NCBI GenBank assembly: GCA_902531985.1
Contig: CACAGG010000002.1
Coordinates: forward strand, 1-56,817
DNA: 56,817 nt
Origin: an uncultured marine group III euryarchaeote
GTDB lineage: Archaea > Thermoplasmatota > Poseidoniia > MGIII > CG-Epi1
Reading direction: 5' to 3'
Below are positions 1 through 9,298 of this stretch, piece after piece. The first letter of the stretch is position 1. The number at the start of each line of letters is the position of its first letter. The translations under genes were made by a program, and so were the position numbers. Below the pieces are notes generated by a model that was given only the letters and a program-made list of their open reading frames with translations, did no database searches and was not told where the DNA came from.

Positions 1-272
1 ATAGGCCTAAGGATGAATGGAAAGCTTGGCCATTGGGAGATCCTCTTGAAAGACTCAAAAAGCATTTGATTGATTTAGGTGAATGGTCTAATGCAGACCA
101 AAAGAAATTAGAAAAAGAATTGGATGAATTAGTTATTAAATCTTACAAAGAAGCTGAAAAATATGGAACTTTAGCAGACGGTCCTTGGGCTTCTGAAGAA
201 ACATTATTTGAGGATGTTTACAAAAAACCGCCAAGACATTTAAGAAAACAAAGGCAGGAGTTAGGGATTTAG
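1..272 (+). CDS. 2-oxoacid dehydrogenase E1 component alpha subunit, C-terminal fragment (gene starts upstream of the window)
   Basis: The reading frame of the 33..272 ORF stays open back to nt 3 (RPKDEWKAWPLGDPLERLKKHL...). The C-terminal sequence is typical of TPP-dependent E1-alpha. It sits directly upstream of E1-beta, with stop TAG and the next ATG abutting at 270-275. Confidence 0.75.
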   Translation, partial: RPKDEWKAWPLGDPLERLKKHLIDLGEWSNADQKKLEKELDELVIKSYKEAEKYGTLADGPWASEETLFEDVYKKPPRHLRKQRQELGI

Positions 273-1286
273 ATGGCTCAGATGAATATTATTCAATCGG
301 TAAATTCAGCTCTTGATATTATTCTTGAGAAAGATTCTAATGTTTGTATTTTTGGAGAAGATGTTGGTTACTTTGGTGGTGTTTTTAGATGCACAGACGG
401 CCTTCAAGCAAAATACGGAAAACATAGAGTTTTTGATTCCCCACTGTCAGAAGGAGGTATTGTTTCTACAGCAATTGGTATGGGAATCAATGGATTAAGG
501 CCTGTAGCAGAAATCCAGTTTTCAGACTATATTTTCCCTGCATTTGATCAATTAACAAATGAACTTGCCAAATTAAGATACAGAAGCGGGGGTGAATATT
601 GGGCCCCTGTTACAGTTCGAACGCCATGTGGTGGTGGTATCCGAGGAGGCCATTATCATTCTCAAAGTCCGGAAGCTTATTTTACTCAAACTCCGGGTTT
701 GAAGGTGGTAATGCCTTCTAATCCTTACGATACCAAGGGGTTATTGATTACTTCTATAGAGGATGATGATCCCGTAATATTCTTTGAACCTAAACGACTG
801 TATAATGGGCCTTTTGATGGGGATCATAAGAAAGCAGCATTGAAATGGGATACACATCCTAAAGGAGAAGTTCCTGAAGATTATTATTCAATTCCATTGG
901 GTCAAGCTGCAATAGAAAGAGAAGGAAGTAAGGTTACCGTATTAACCTATGGAACAATGGTTCATGTAGCTCGAGAAGCTGCTGAATCTAGTGGTATAGA
1001 TGCAGAGGTAATTGATTTACGCAGTCTAGTACCTTTAGATATAGATACTATTGAATCTTCAGTTAAAAAAACAGGACGGTGTGTCATAGTGCATGAGGCA
1101 CCTCGTACCAGTGGTTTTGGAGGAGAATTGTCTGCACAAGTTCAAGAGTTATGTTTCTATCACTTAGAAGCGCCAATAGTGCGCGTTACTGGCTGGGATA
1201 CGCCATTCCCGCATTCTTTGGAATGGCATTATTTTCCTAGTCAGGAAAGAGTTATAGAGGCGATGAAGAAAGTAACGGAGCACTAA
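273..1286 (+). CDS. 2-oxoacid dehydrogenase E1 component beta subunit (transketolase-like)
   Basis: 337 aa. Family-typical segments include IFGEDVGYFGGVFRCT, FDSPLSEGGIVSTAIGMG, AEIQFSDYIFPAFDQ and YHSQSPEAYF. It lies between E1-alpha and E2. Confidence 0.9.
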   Translation: MAQMNIIQSVNSALDIILEKDSNVCIFGEDVGYFGGVFRCTDGLQAKYGKHRVFDSPLSEGGIVSTAIGMGINGLRPVAEIQFSDYIFPAFDQLTNELAKLRYRSGGEYWAPVTVRTPCGGGIRGGHYHSQSPEAYFTQTPGLKVVMPSNPYDTKGLLITSIEDDDPVIFFEPKRLYNGPFDGDHKKAALKWDTHPKGEVPEDYYSIPLGQAAIEREGSKVTVLTYGTMVHVAREAAESSGIDAEVIDLRSLVPLDIDTIESSVKKTGRCVIVHEAPRTSGFGGELSAQVQELCFYHLEAPIVRVTGWDTPFPHSLEWHYFPSQERVIEAMKKVTEH

Positions 1287-1287
1287 A

Positions 1288-2532
1288 ATGGCAAAACACG
1301 TATTCAAGCTGCCGGATGTCGGCGAAGGAGTTGTTGAGGGAGAGATAGTAAAATGGAATGTTAAGGTAGGAGAGACTGTAAAGGAAGATGAACCCTTAGT
1401 AGAACTTATGACGGATAAGGCAACAGTTTCGATTCCTTCCACAGTTAATGGTAAAGTAGTTTCAACAACAGGTAAACCAGGAGATATGATTCCTGTTGGT
1501 GCCGAATTAATTGTTTTTGAGGTAGATGGTGCCGGTAACGCTGAACCAGAGCCTGAACCAGAGCCTGAACCAGAGCCTGAACCGGTTAGCACTCCAGAAC
1601 CTGTAGCTAAACCACCAGAGCCTAAACCCGTATCAGTTTCAGCTCCAGCACCAATAACAACATCAGGAACTAAGCCTCTTGCATCACCTGCAGTAAGACG
1701 AAGAGCTAGAGAAGCTGGCGTTGATTTGTCACAGGTTCCAGGTACTGGTCCAGCAGGACGTATTTCTCACGATGATTTAGATTCATTTATTTCAGGTGGA
1801 GGACGCCTTGCGGCAGTTCAATCTGGCGTGAAAATGACAGGTATTGAAGAAGTTCCAGTTATTGGGTTACGCCGTAAGATAGCTGAGAAAATGTCTATTA
1901 GTAAGCGCAGTGCAGCACATTTCTCTTATTTTGAAGAAGTAGATGTTACTGAGCTCGAAAGTCTAAGACAGCATTTAAATTCTACAAAAACTGAAAATCA
2001 GCCTAAACTAACATATCTTCCGTTTATTGTTCAAGGTTTGATTAAGGCTTTAAGAAAATTCCCGCAGTGTAATGCAATTTACGATGAAGAAAAGGGTGTT
2101 GTATTAAGACACGAAGCAGTTCATGTTGGTATTTCTACACAAACAGATGATGGACTCATGGTACCAGTAATTAAGCATGCAGAGGCACGCGATGTATGGG
2201 ATACTGCAAATGAGTTAAGGAGAGTTACTTCAGCAGCTCGAGACAAGACAGCAACAGTTGAAGAACTAACAGGTTCAACTATTACAATAACTAGTTTAGG
2301 TGCAATGGGTGGATTGGGTGCAACTCCAATTATTAACCATCCTGAAGTATCAATAGTAAGTATCCACGCAGCAAGGGATCGGGCAGTTGTTAGGGAAGGT
2401 GAAATTGTTGTTCGCAAGATGATGAACTTAACTTCTTCTTTCGACCACAGAATCATTGATGGGTATGATGGAGCCTTGTTGATTCAAAATTTGAAGTCCA
2501 TGCTTGAATATCCAGCTACAATATTTATGTGA
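1288..2532 (+). CDS. Dihydrolipoamide acyltransferase (E2) with one lipoyl domain, an (EP)n/Pro-Ala linker, an E3-binding domain and a catalytic domain
   Basis: Contains the lipoyl-lysine motif (LMTDKATV), a subunit-binding segment (ASPAVRRRAREAGVDLSQVPGTGPAGRI) and the catalytic DHRxxDG motif (SFDHRIIDG). Confidence 0.9.
   Translation: MAKHVFKLPDVGEGVVEGEIVKWNVKVGETVKEDEPLVELMTDKATVSIPSTVNGKVVSTTGKPGDMIPVGAELIVFEVDGAGNAEPEPEPEPEPEPEPVSTPEPVAKPPEPKPVSVSAPAPITTSGTKPLASPAVRRRAREAGVDLSQVPGTGPAGRISHDDLDSFISGGGRLAAVQSGVKMTGIEEVPVIGLRRKIAEKMSISKRSAAHFSYFEEVDVTELESLRQHLNSTKTENQPKLTYLPFIVQGLIKALRKFPQCNAIYDEEKGVVLRHEAVHVGISTQTDDGLMVPVIKHAEARDVWDTANELRRVTSAARDKTATVEELTGSTITITSLGAMGGLGATPIINHPEVSIVSIHAARDRAVVREGEIVVRKMMNLTSSFDHRIIDGYDGALLIQNLKSMLEYPATIFM
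1543..1584 (+). repeat. 12-nt tandem repeat (gaaccagagcct x3.5) encoding the (EP)7 linker of E2
   Basis: The direct repeat is read directly in the sequence and translates to EPEPEPEPEPEPEP. Confidence 0.8.
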
Positions 2533-2538
2533 GGTTTT

Positions 2539-3957
2539 ATGGCAGAAATACGTAACTGTAAAGTTTTGGTAGTTGGCGCTGGACCTGGAGGATATGTCGC
2601 AGCAATTCGTGCAGGTCAACTTGGTTTAGATACTGTAATTGTAGAAGGTTCAAGAGCAGGAGGGACATGTTTGATTCGAGGCTGTATCCCTTCTAAAGCA
2701 GTCATACACGCGGCTTCTTCTTTTGAAGAACTTGAGAATCATTCAGGTAAAGGCAAAATGGGAATCAGTGTTTCTGGTAAACCCAAAGTTAACATGAAGG
2801 AATTAGTAAATTGGAAGGAATCAATAGTTACTAAATTGAATAAAGGTGTCGAAGGCTTATTGAAAGCAGCTAATGTAGAATTAGTCTCAGGTTGGGCTAA
2901 ATTCAGAAATGCGAAAACCTGTGAAGTTAGTGGTGGTGAAAAAGAATGGATAATCAATGCTGAGCATGTAATTTTGGCGAATGGATCTAAATCAGTAGAA
3001 TTACCATTTATGCCTTTTGATGAGAATATTATTTCTTCTACTGAGGCTCTTGAATTAGATGAAGTTCCTAAGAAATTAGTAGTTATAGGTGCAGGTTACA
3101 TCGGTTTAGAATTAGGCATAGCATACAGAAAGTTAGGTTCAGAAGTAACTTTTATTGAAGCGTTAGATCAAATTTTACCAATTTATGATTCTGAGATGAC
3201 TAGACCTATCAGTATGTGGTTGAGAAAACATAAGGTTACAGTTAATTTAGGCGCTAAGGCCAAAGGCGCTATCACCAGAGGAAAAGCTACTACAGTTGAA
3301 TATACCGATTCGGATGGTAAAGACCATAAAATTAAAGCTGATAAAGTTCTTGTTACGGTTGGCAGAAAGCCAAACACAGTTGGCTGGGGCTTAAGTAGAA
3401 TGGCTGTAGATATGGATGGGCCATTTGTTAAAGTCGATAAACAATGCAGGACTTCAATGAAGAATGTATGGGCCATTGGAGATATTATTGGAGAACCAAT
3501 GCTCGCTCACAAAGCTTCAGCACAAGGAGAAATGGTGTCTGAAATAATTGCAGGCCATCGTTTGGCATTCGAACCCGTATCAATTGCAGCAGTTTGTTTT
3601 ACGGATCCTGAAATTGTTGGCGTGGGTTTAACACCTGATGAAGCTAAGGATGAAGGAATAGATGTAGTTATTGGGAAGTTCCCTTTCGCAGCTAGTGGTC
3701 GTGCATTAGCAATGGATGCAGGTTCAGATGGTGGTTTTGTTAGGATTACAGCACGTTCAGATAATCATGTAATTGTTGGCATTCATGCCGTAGGTTCTCA
3801 TGTTTCTGAATTATCAGGAGAATTTGCACTTGCTATAGAGATGGGATCAAGACTAGAAGATATAGCCGGAACAATCCATGTGCATCCTACTCTGACAGAA
3901 GCTTTTGCAGAATCAGCCCTCGCCAGTCTTGGCCATGCGATTCACATTTCAAAGTGA
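2539..3957 (+). CDS. lpdA: Dihydrolipoamide dehydrogenase (E3)
   Basis: Contains an FAD-binding GAGPGGY, the redox-active disulfide motif GGTCLIRGCIPSK, an NAD-binding GAGYIGLE and the C-terminal interface motif HVHPTLTE. Confidence 0.92.
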   Translation: MAEIRNCKVLVVGAGPGGYVAAIRAGQLGLDTVIVEGSRAGGTCLIRGCIPSKAVIHAASSFEELENHSGKGKMGISVSGKPKVNMKELVNWKESIVTKLNKGVEGLLKAANVELVSGWAKFRNAKTCEVSGGEKEWIINAEHVILANGSKSVELPFMPFDENIISSTEALELDEVPKKLVVIGAGYIGLELGIAYRKLGSEVTFIEALDQILPIYDSEMTRPISMWLRKHKVTVNLGAKAKGAITRGKATTVEYTDSDGKDHKIKADKVLVTVGRKPNTVGWGLSRMAVDMDGPFVKVDKQCRTSMKNVWAIGDIIGEPMLAHKASAQGEMVSEIIAGHRLAFEPVSIAAVCFTDPEIVGVGLTPDEAKDEGIDVVIGKFPFAASGRALAMDAGSDGGFVRITARSDNHVIVGIHAVGSHVSELSGEFALAIEMGSRLEDIAGTIHVHPTLTEAFAESALASLGHAIHISK

Positions 3958-4595
3958 TTACTACCAATATAATTCAGGCAAATAACTCGACTCATCAAGA
4001 GATTGACACTTTGATGGCAGATCTGCAACAAAAAAGAATAAATGATGAAATTGCAGATACTCTAATTTTCGTTGAACACCCTGAAATTGTTACAATAGGT
4101 CGCAGAGGTATGCTGGACAATATTCAAGCACCAGATGGTTTTGATTCGTCGAGTGTAGACCGAGGTGGTGGATTGACTTGGCATGGTCCAGGTCAGTTGG
4201 TAGGTTATCCCATATTTAGATGGAAAGAGGAATCCGTTAGAACTGTAATAACTTCTATCGAAGAGTGGATTTTAATTTCTTTATCTAAATTCAAAGTAGA
4301 AGGAAACAGAAACAAAACAATGCAAGGAGTATGGTTTAATGGTTACAAAGTAGCTAGTATTGGCTTAGCCTTTAGTAAATGGGTTTCAAGACATGGTTTT
4401 GATATTAATTTAGATACACCAGAGGGGAGAATCGAGTCTGTAGAGGGATGCGGCTTACCATTAGGAAAACATACTTCTCTTTCTAAGTTAGGATATCAAA
4501 TATCTATAGAAGAAATGCAGAATTCGTTGCTTGAGAATATGTCTGAAATTTTAGGAAGAGAAGTTGGGAAAATAACTACTTTAGAAACTCTTTGA
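3954..4595 (+). CDS. lipB: Octanoyl/lipoyl transferase LipB
   Basis: Contains the RGGGLTWHGPGQLVGYP motif (RGGxxTxHGPGQ) and a conserved K in KVASIG. The GTG start overlaps the E3 stop by 4 nt, so it is probably translationally coupled to the dehydrogenase operon. Confidence 0.8.
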   Translation: MITTNIIQANNSTHQEIDTLMADLQQKRINDEIADTLIFVEHPEIVTIGRRGMLDNIQAPDGFDSSSVDRGGGLTWHGPGQLVGYPIFRWKEESVRTVITSIEEWILISLSKFKVEGNRNKTMQGVWFNGYKVASIGLAFSKWVSRHGFDINLDTPEGRIESVEGCGLPLGKHTSLSKLGYQISIEEMQNSLLENMSEILGREVGKITTLETL

Positions 4596-5934
4596 CAAGA
4601 TGTTGATTCTGATCTTTAAGTTCATGATGATTTTTCATCCAGGTTGTAGCTTTTTCAACACATATGGATTTAATCTCTCCAGTTAATAAATCACCTGAAA
4701 TATATTCATTCCTTATTCTTTCAAGCTCATTATCGTCTTCTTCAAAGAAATATCTGAGATATTGGTATGCTACATCAACATCAGGATTTCCTCCCTTGGC
4801 ACGATGTTCTTCAACAGTAGGTTTCCCTCCTGAGAATGATGACTTAATTTTCTTTTCAATATCTTTCATTGAATCATTTAGGAACATAGTAGTTTCAGGC
4901 TGGCTTGAACTCATCTTACCACCAGTCATTCCGACTGCAAATTGATGGTAGGTAGATGCTGGCTGCATTAGCCCCATTCCTCCCATTTGTCTTTCTAAAT
5001 TCAATAAATGATATTTGAGTTCATTATGCTCTCCATAGTTGGCATCTTTAATTTCAATAGTTCCATGTTTGGGATTTGCGTTAGTTTCGTTAAAACCGGC
5101 CTTTCTGATTGCAACAATAGCTTTATCGATTACTTTTTGTCTTTGTTTTTTATCGATTCCACCATCATCTCTCAGGCCCATTGTATTTTGATTATTATCT
5201 TGTATAGATAATCCAATTGTAACATTACCCGATTTATTTTCGTTGACATTAAACCAATTTGTTTTCGACACCATTCCTCTAGTTAATCTAATGTGTGGAT
5301 CTTGATCAATTCCAACAGGCACAACTATCGGCCTTAGCCCTCCATATTCCTCTAATTGAGGGTGAACAATATCTCCGGCCTGAACCAATGGAGACTGGAC
5401 ATGCGCTAAATTTGTCTCCCCAGAAAAACCGTAAATTGCTTCCATTTCAGATAAATTAGTTTTCTTTCCCAGTGTAAAGCCTAATTTTTGTACGACAGGC
5501 CTTTCAGATTGGAAATAAATGGACGTTTTATCAGGATCTAATCCCATCCCAGCATAATTAGAAATATATTCTTCAATAGCATATTTTCTACATTTTTCTA
5601 AGCTCAAACCCCTTGTTGCATGAGCTTCTAAATCAGCAACAGTTATTGTTACATCTCCACCCAAATCTTGAAACCATTTAGCTTGATCAATAACCATTTT
5701 GTGACCTAGATGAATTTGTCCAGAAGGCATTAATCCAGATAGGACGCCAAAACCTCTATCTCTCTTCTTTGATTGTAGAACATTATCTAAATCTCGATGG
5801 GCAAAAATTATACCTCTACGGTGTAAATGAGTAGGATTTGGTAGTTTAGTGTGGTCTATTGCATCTAAACCAAATTTATCGCAAATTTCTTTGTAGTTTT
5901 GAATACCTTTGCTTGCCCAAGGGTCAATTTTCAT
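4576..5934 (-). CDS. trpS: Tryptophanyl-tRNA synthetase (archaeal/eukaryotic type) with a large internal insertion
   Basis: By eye it is colinear with eukaryotic/archaeal TrpRS along its length: DPW...Y..I...FG, HIGH-type HLGH, GIDQDPHIRLTR, KMSSS (the KMSKS equivalent), FSGG...EEHR..GGNPDVDV and LTGE.K. Confidence 0.9.
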   Translation of the reverse strand: MKIDPWASKGIQNYKEICDKFGLDAIDHTKLPNPTHLHRRGIIFAHRDLDNVLQSKKRDRGFGVLSGLMPSGQIHLGHKMVIDQAKWFQDLGGDVTITVADLEAHATRGLSLEKCRKYAIEEYISNYAGMGLDPDKTSIYFQSERPVVQKLGFTLGKKTNLSEMEAIYGFSGETNLAHVQSPLVQAGDIVHPQLEEYGGLRPIVVPVGIDQDPHIRLTRGMVSKTNWFNVNENKSGNVTIGLSIQDNNQNTMGLRDDGGIDKKQRQKVIDKAIVAIRKAGFNETNANPKHGTIEIKDANYGEHNELKYHLLNLERQMGGMGLMQPASTYHQFAVGMTGGKMSSSQPETTMFLNDSMKDIEKKIKSSFSGGKPTVEEHRAKGGNPDVDVAYQYLRYFFEEDDNELERIRNEYISGDLLTGEIKSICVEKATTWMKNHHELKDQNQHLVKEFLK

Positions 5935-5949
5935 TATTTAGCTTAGAGC

Positions 5950-7056
5950 TTGGGGGGTAAAAGTAATTCCTCCCTCCTTTACCCACTTGTGGAAAGAGTA
6001 GTTTGGCCTAGAGCAATATTGCACTTGGATATGGATGCCTTCTTTGTAAATGTTCACATTCTAGAGAATCCAGAAGATAAAGAAATACCATTAGCTGTAG
6101 GAGGAAAGCCAGGTCAAAGGGGAGTTATTGCATCAGCATCTTATGAAGCTAGGGCAAAGGGTGTTCGCTCAGCGATGGCTTCTAGCAAAGCTTTGAAACT
6201 TTGTCCCGAATTAAAATTAGTCTCTTCCAATCGTCCAATGATTAGGTCGTGTTCATCTAAAATTATGGAAATTTTGGCAAGATATGGTACTTTAGAGCGA
6301 ATGAGCGTTGATGAGGCTTTTGTAGATTTATCTCTTCAAAAGAACCCTCAAGCTTTGGTTAAAACTATATTGAGACGTATTAAATCAGAGACAGATTTAC
6401 CCGCTTCGGCAGGATTGGCCACGTCTAAATTAGTTGCTAAAATTGCTTCAGATTTTGATAAACCGGAGGGCTTTACTGTAGTTAAACCAGGGAACGAATC
6501 TAAATTTCTAGCCCCATTAGAGATTAGGAAAATCTATGGTATTGGACCTAAGACAGCATCTCAGCTCAATGATTTGGGTGTGAAAATTTGTTCAGATATT
6601 GTATCAATAGATATTCAAAAATTGTTACCCATTTTTGGTCAATATTCAGTAAATTTGAAGAATAAGGCCAAAGGTGTTGATAATAGACCAGTAGACCCTT
6701 CACCTTGGATTGCTAAACAACAAGGTACAGAAAATACGTTTGAAAAAGATATTTCAGATTCAGACACCGTGGAAGCGGCTTTGTTTGAATTATGTGACGA
6801 AGTATCAGAGAGTATAGGTCAAATGGGACGTTCAGCAAGAACCATTACAATTAAACTTAGATGGTCCAATTTCAAAACAATAACTCGGCAAAAAACAGTC
6901 CCTGGTGAGATTCACAGGTCTAACGATATTTACAAAGTAGCAAAGGCTTTACTGTATGAAAATTGGAAACCAGGTAAGGCCATTAGATTGATGGGAGTTT
7001 CAGCAAGTAGATTAGGAATTTCAGATCAACAAAAATTAAAATTAGAATTCGAATAA
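5950..7056 (+). CDS. dinB: Y-family DNA polymerase IV (DinB/Dpo4-like)
   Basis: Contains ILHLDMDAFFVNV (catalytic Asp region), ASYEARAKGV, SVDEAFVDL and GIGPKT (HhH). The true start may be the TTG at 6019 (M-HLDMDAFF), because only 15 bp would otherwise separate it from the divergent trpS start. Confidence 0.88.
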   Translation: MGGKSNSSLLYPLVERVVWPRAILHLDMDAFFVNVHILENPEDKEIPLAVGGKPGQRGVIASASYEARAKGVRSAMASSKALKLCPELKLVSSNRPMIRSCSSKIMEILARYGTLERMSVDEAFVDLSLQKNPQALVKTILRRIKSETDLPASAGLATSKLVAKIASDFDKPEGFTVVKPGNESKFLAPLEIRKIYGIGPKTASQLNDLGVKICSDIVSIDIQKLLPIFGQYSVNLKNKAKGVDNRPVDPSPWIAKQQGTENTFEKDISDSDTVEAALFELCDEVSESIGQMGRSARTITIKLRWSNFKTITRQKTVPGEIHRSNDIYKVAKALLYENWKPGKAIRLMGVSASRLGISDQQKLKLEFE

Positions 7057-8481
7057 ACTTTTTTGTTTACTATCTGCTTTAGGATTTATTTTTGTAGTTT
7101 CTTCATCATCCTTTTTATCATCAAAACGGGGTTTATAGTTTAATGTTACCACTTCTCTTTCTTGTCTAAATTGTTGAGAATTTTCAATTATTTCAGTTAT
7201 GATTTTCTCTTTCTTTGAAACTCCCATTAGAATTGCTAGTTCATTTTCATTTAATTCTAATTTACCGGCTATTTTAGCAGCTTCATTTTTATCATTTCTG
7301 CAAATAGTTGAAATTACCGCTATTTGCTCCATCTTTGATTCTTTTATTGACTGATGTGTGGCAGTTCCTATTTTCCTTGCCAATCCGTCTCTATAACCAC
7401 GCTGAAATCGACTAGCTCCCATCTTCCTAATCCAAGAAGGAAATTGCGGCCTTCGTCCGCTTGTTGGATGAGTTTTTGATAAGGCGACTCCGCTTGACAT
7501 CAATTCAGATGCATAACCCCAAAGCCCATAATTTTGAGTTCTTGAAACACGAGATAATAGTAAATCTGCATAAGCTACTCTTTCATATGCACGTTCAATA
7601 TCGTTAGGATGTTTGTAAACGATAGGTATGTTGTCACTGACCCAAGTGGAAACATCTCTTGGTTGTTCATTTAATTCGAAAATGGCAGTTCTTGGTTCTT
7701 CAAAATTATCACTATTAAATATAATATTAAGAGTTTCAAACATTTCAGTTTCTCTGTCACGAGATCCTAGTTTCTCCAAGTCACTATCTAATATTTTCTT
7801 AGTCCCTTCAGACAAGGATTGTAAATCATTAATTGCACCTCTCAAGTCACCTTTAGCATTTTCAGCCATTTTAGTTATAGTATCAGATTCAATATCTAAT
7901 CCTTCATTTTCACACACTTTATTGAGGACCATAGCTACAGATACAGCAGATGGTTTTTGGAATTTCAAAGTTAAAGCTAATCTTTTGATTTTCGCTCCAG
8001 TACCTTTTGTTAGGTTGTATAAGTCATTCACAGTGATTATTACGGGTTGTTTTGTTTGTTCCAAAGTCTTTGATATTGCCTTTTTTCCACCTCTGTCACT
8101 ATAATTTTTAGTTTTATTTTTTGATTGTTGGGCTCTTTCGTAAAGATTGTCAGCTTCATCTAACAAAATAAGATTTCTTTCTGAAATTCCTTCACTTCCA
8201 AAAGTTTGGAATAAACCCGCTCTTAGAGCAGTTCCTTCTATGACTTTGCCAGAGCGCGCATCTGAGGCATTTAATTCAATTACTTCCCACCCCATGTCTG
8301 CAGCCAATGCAATAGCGGCAGATGTTTTTCCACAACCAGGAGGTCCTGAAAGTATGACTCCTCTTTTTGTCATATTCTCACCCCAAGATTGAGCCCAATT
8401 TTTCAAATCATTAATTGTTCGAGTATTCCCTATAATTTCAGATAGATTTTTTGGCCTATATTTTTCAGCCCAAGATTCCAT
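7042..8481 (-). CDS. rfcL: Replication factor C large subunit
   Basis: Contains WAEKYRPKNLSEIIGN, Walker A GPPGCGKTS and Walker B LLDEADN, plus an acidic/basic C-terminal tail ending in a PIP-like KQKSLFEF. Confidence 0.88.
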   Translation of the reverse strand: MESWAEKYRPKNLSEIIGNTRTINDLKNWAQSWGENMTKRGVILSGPPGCGKTSAAIALAADMGWEVIELNASDARSGKVIEGTALRAGLFQTFGSEGISERNLILLDEADNLYERAQQSKNKTKNYSDRGGKKAISKTLEQTKQPVIITVNDLYNLTKGTGAKIKRLALTLKFQKPSAVSVAMVLNKVCENEGLDIESDTITKMAENAKGDLRGAINDLQSLSEGTKKILDSDLEKLGSRDRETEMFETLNIIFNSDNFEEPRTAIFELNEQPRDVSTWVSDNIPIVYKHPNDIERAYERVAYADLLLSRVSRTQNYGLWGYASELMSSGVALSKTHPTSGRRPQFPSWIRKMGASRFQRGYRDGLARKIGTATHQSIKESKMEQIAVISTICRNDKNEAAKIAGKLELNENELAILMGVSKKEKIITEIIENSQQFRQEREVVTLNYKPRFDDKKDDEETTKINPKADSKQKSLFEF

Positions 8482-9272
8482 TACTCACCTAATTTCATCG
8501 TAAAGTGTAGTTTTTGGTAGCGCAATATAGATTTTGCATTTCTAGATATAATCCAAAACGAAACGAATATGCATATTCCACAAATCATCATTACAGTTCC
8601 AAAAGATGATTTGAATTCACGTTGTGTAAGGTCCATTATAGATATGTTCCATTGCCCATTAGCCATGTAAATCATTGTTGCACAAGCTGTAAATGAAAGA
8701 AATCCTGCAAAAATTAAGGATCTACTTTTTGTTCTTCCATATAACTGGACTATCGGGGAAATCAGTACTAAAAATAATGAGATTCCTAAAAGAGTAAAAT
8801 ATAAGCTCATGTAGGTTGTTTGGTAGTATCCAATTATGGATCCGGAAAGTCCTCCAGTCATCATACTTTCAGCCACCATTATCAAGGGCGCAAATGTTGC
8901 TACACCACATCCAAGAAATAAAAATCGAGCGATAGTAAGTAAAAGTTGAGGCCTTTTACTGTCTACATTTAATTGTTCTAATTTTTTGTAAGTTCTTTTC
9001 AGAACAAATCTAGATATCAAAACAGTAATGCTGACTAATGGTAAAAATAAAACAGAAATAAATACAATTGCTTTCAACAAATCACCCAGTAGAGGTAAAT
9101 CAGGAATATCAGCCCCTCTAGAATACAAAGACATTACTTCATCAGCATAGAAATAAGCAATAAATCCGATTGCAGCATACAATACAGCCATAAGTAACCC
9201 TCCAATAAAAATCCTTGAACCAAAACTACTGTAAATGTAGGCGTCTGGTTGGTCCTTAACAAATCTTACCAT
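8481..9272 (-). CDS. Multi-pass membrane protein (about 6 TM), function unknown
   Basis: The hydrophobic segment pattern supports a multi-pass membrane protein. Its stop overlaps the rfcL start by 1 nt (TAATG). I recognise no family motif. Confidence 0.6.
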   Translation of the reverse strand: MVRFVKDQPDAYIYSSFGSRIFIGGLLMAVLYAAIGFIAYFYADEVMSLYSRGADIPDLPLLGDLLKAIVFISVLFLPLVSITVLISRFVLKRTYKKLEQLNVDSKRPQLLLTIARFLFLGCGVATFAPLIMVAESMMTGGLSGSIIGYYQTTYMSLYFTLLGISLFLVLISPIVQLYGRTKSRSLIFAGFLSFTACATMIYMANGQWNISIMDLTQREFKSSFGTVMMICGICIFVSFWIISRNAKSILRYQKLHFTMKLGE

Positions 9273-9298
9273 TTTGTAGTATAAGGAGGCGGTATTAA

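Noticed and set aside
1543-1584. Short tandem repeats (12-nt in E2; 33-nt at 14162-14275; 15-nt at 25186-25224) were considered as possible CRISPR or minisatellite elements.
   Set aside because: All are in frame inside coding regions, they have no spacers, and they encode low-complexity peptide linkers. No CRISPR-like repeat-spacer architecture exists anywhere in the window.
1164-1592. A 142-aa minus-strand ORF with a (GS)n run, plus many similar antisense ORFs in the track. Examples are 313-498, 2121-2456, 2428-2619, 2739-2957, 3183-3476, 4664-4945, 5008-5211, 7628-8104, 8147-8392, 9438-9728, 12161-12550, 14154-14597, 15677-16237, 16277-16504, 17218-17577, 17876-18223, 21137-21457, 21454-21711, 30053-30265, 40305-40574, 48406-48735, 50235-50606, 50629-50973, 51445-51924, 51928-52125, 53917-54135 and 55074-55316.
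   Set aside because: Each lies entirely within, and antisense or out of frame to, a long ORF that has clear family motifs. Their compositions are low-complexity mirror images of the real genes; for example, the GS run is the reverse complement of the EP linker. They are shadow ORFs, not genes.
4576-4595. Convergent 3'-end gene overlaps (lipB/trpS 20 nt; dinB/rfcL 7042-7056, 15 nt; PKD genes 46070-46079, 10 nt) were considered as possible antisense regulation or mis-called stops.
   Set aside because: The stop codons are unambiguous in both frames, and the protein C-termini look complete. This is consistent with a streamlined, compact genome rather than a special mechanism.
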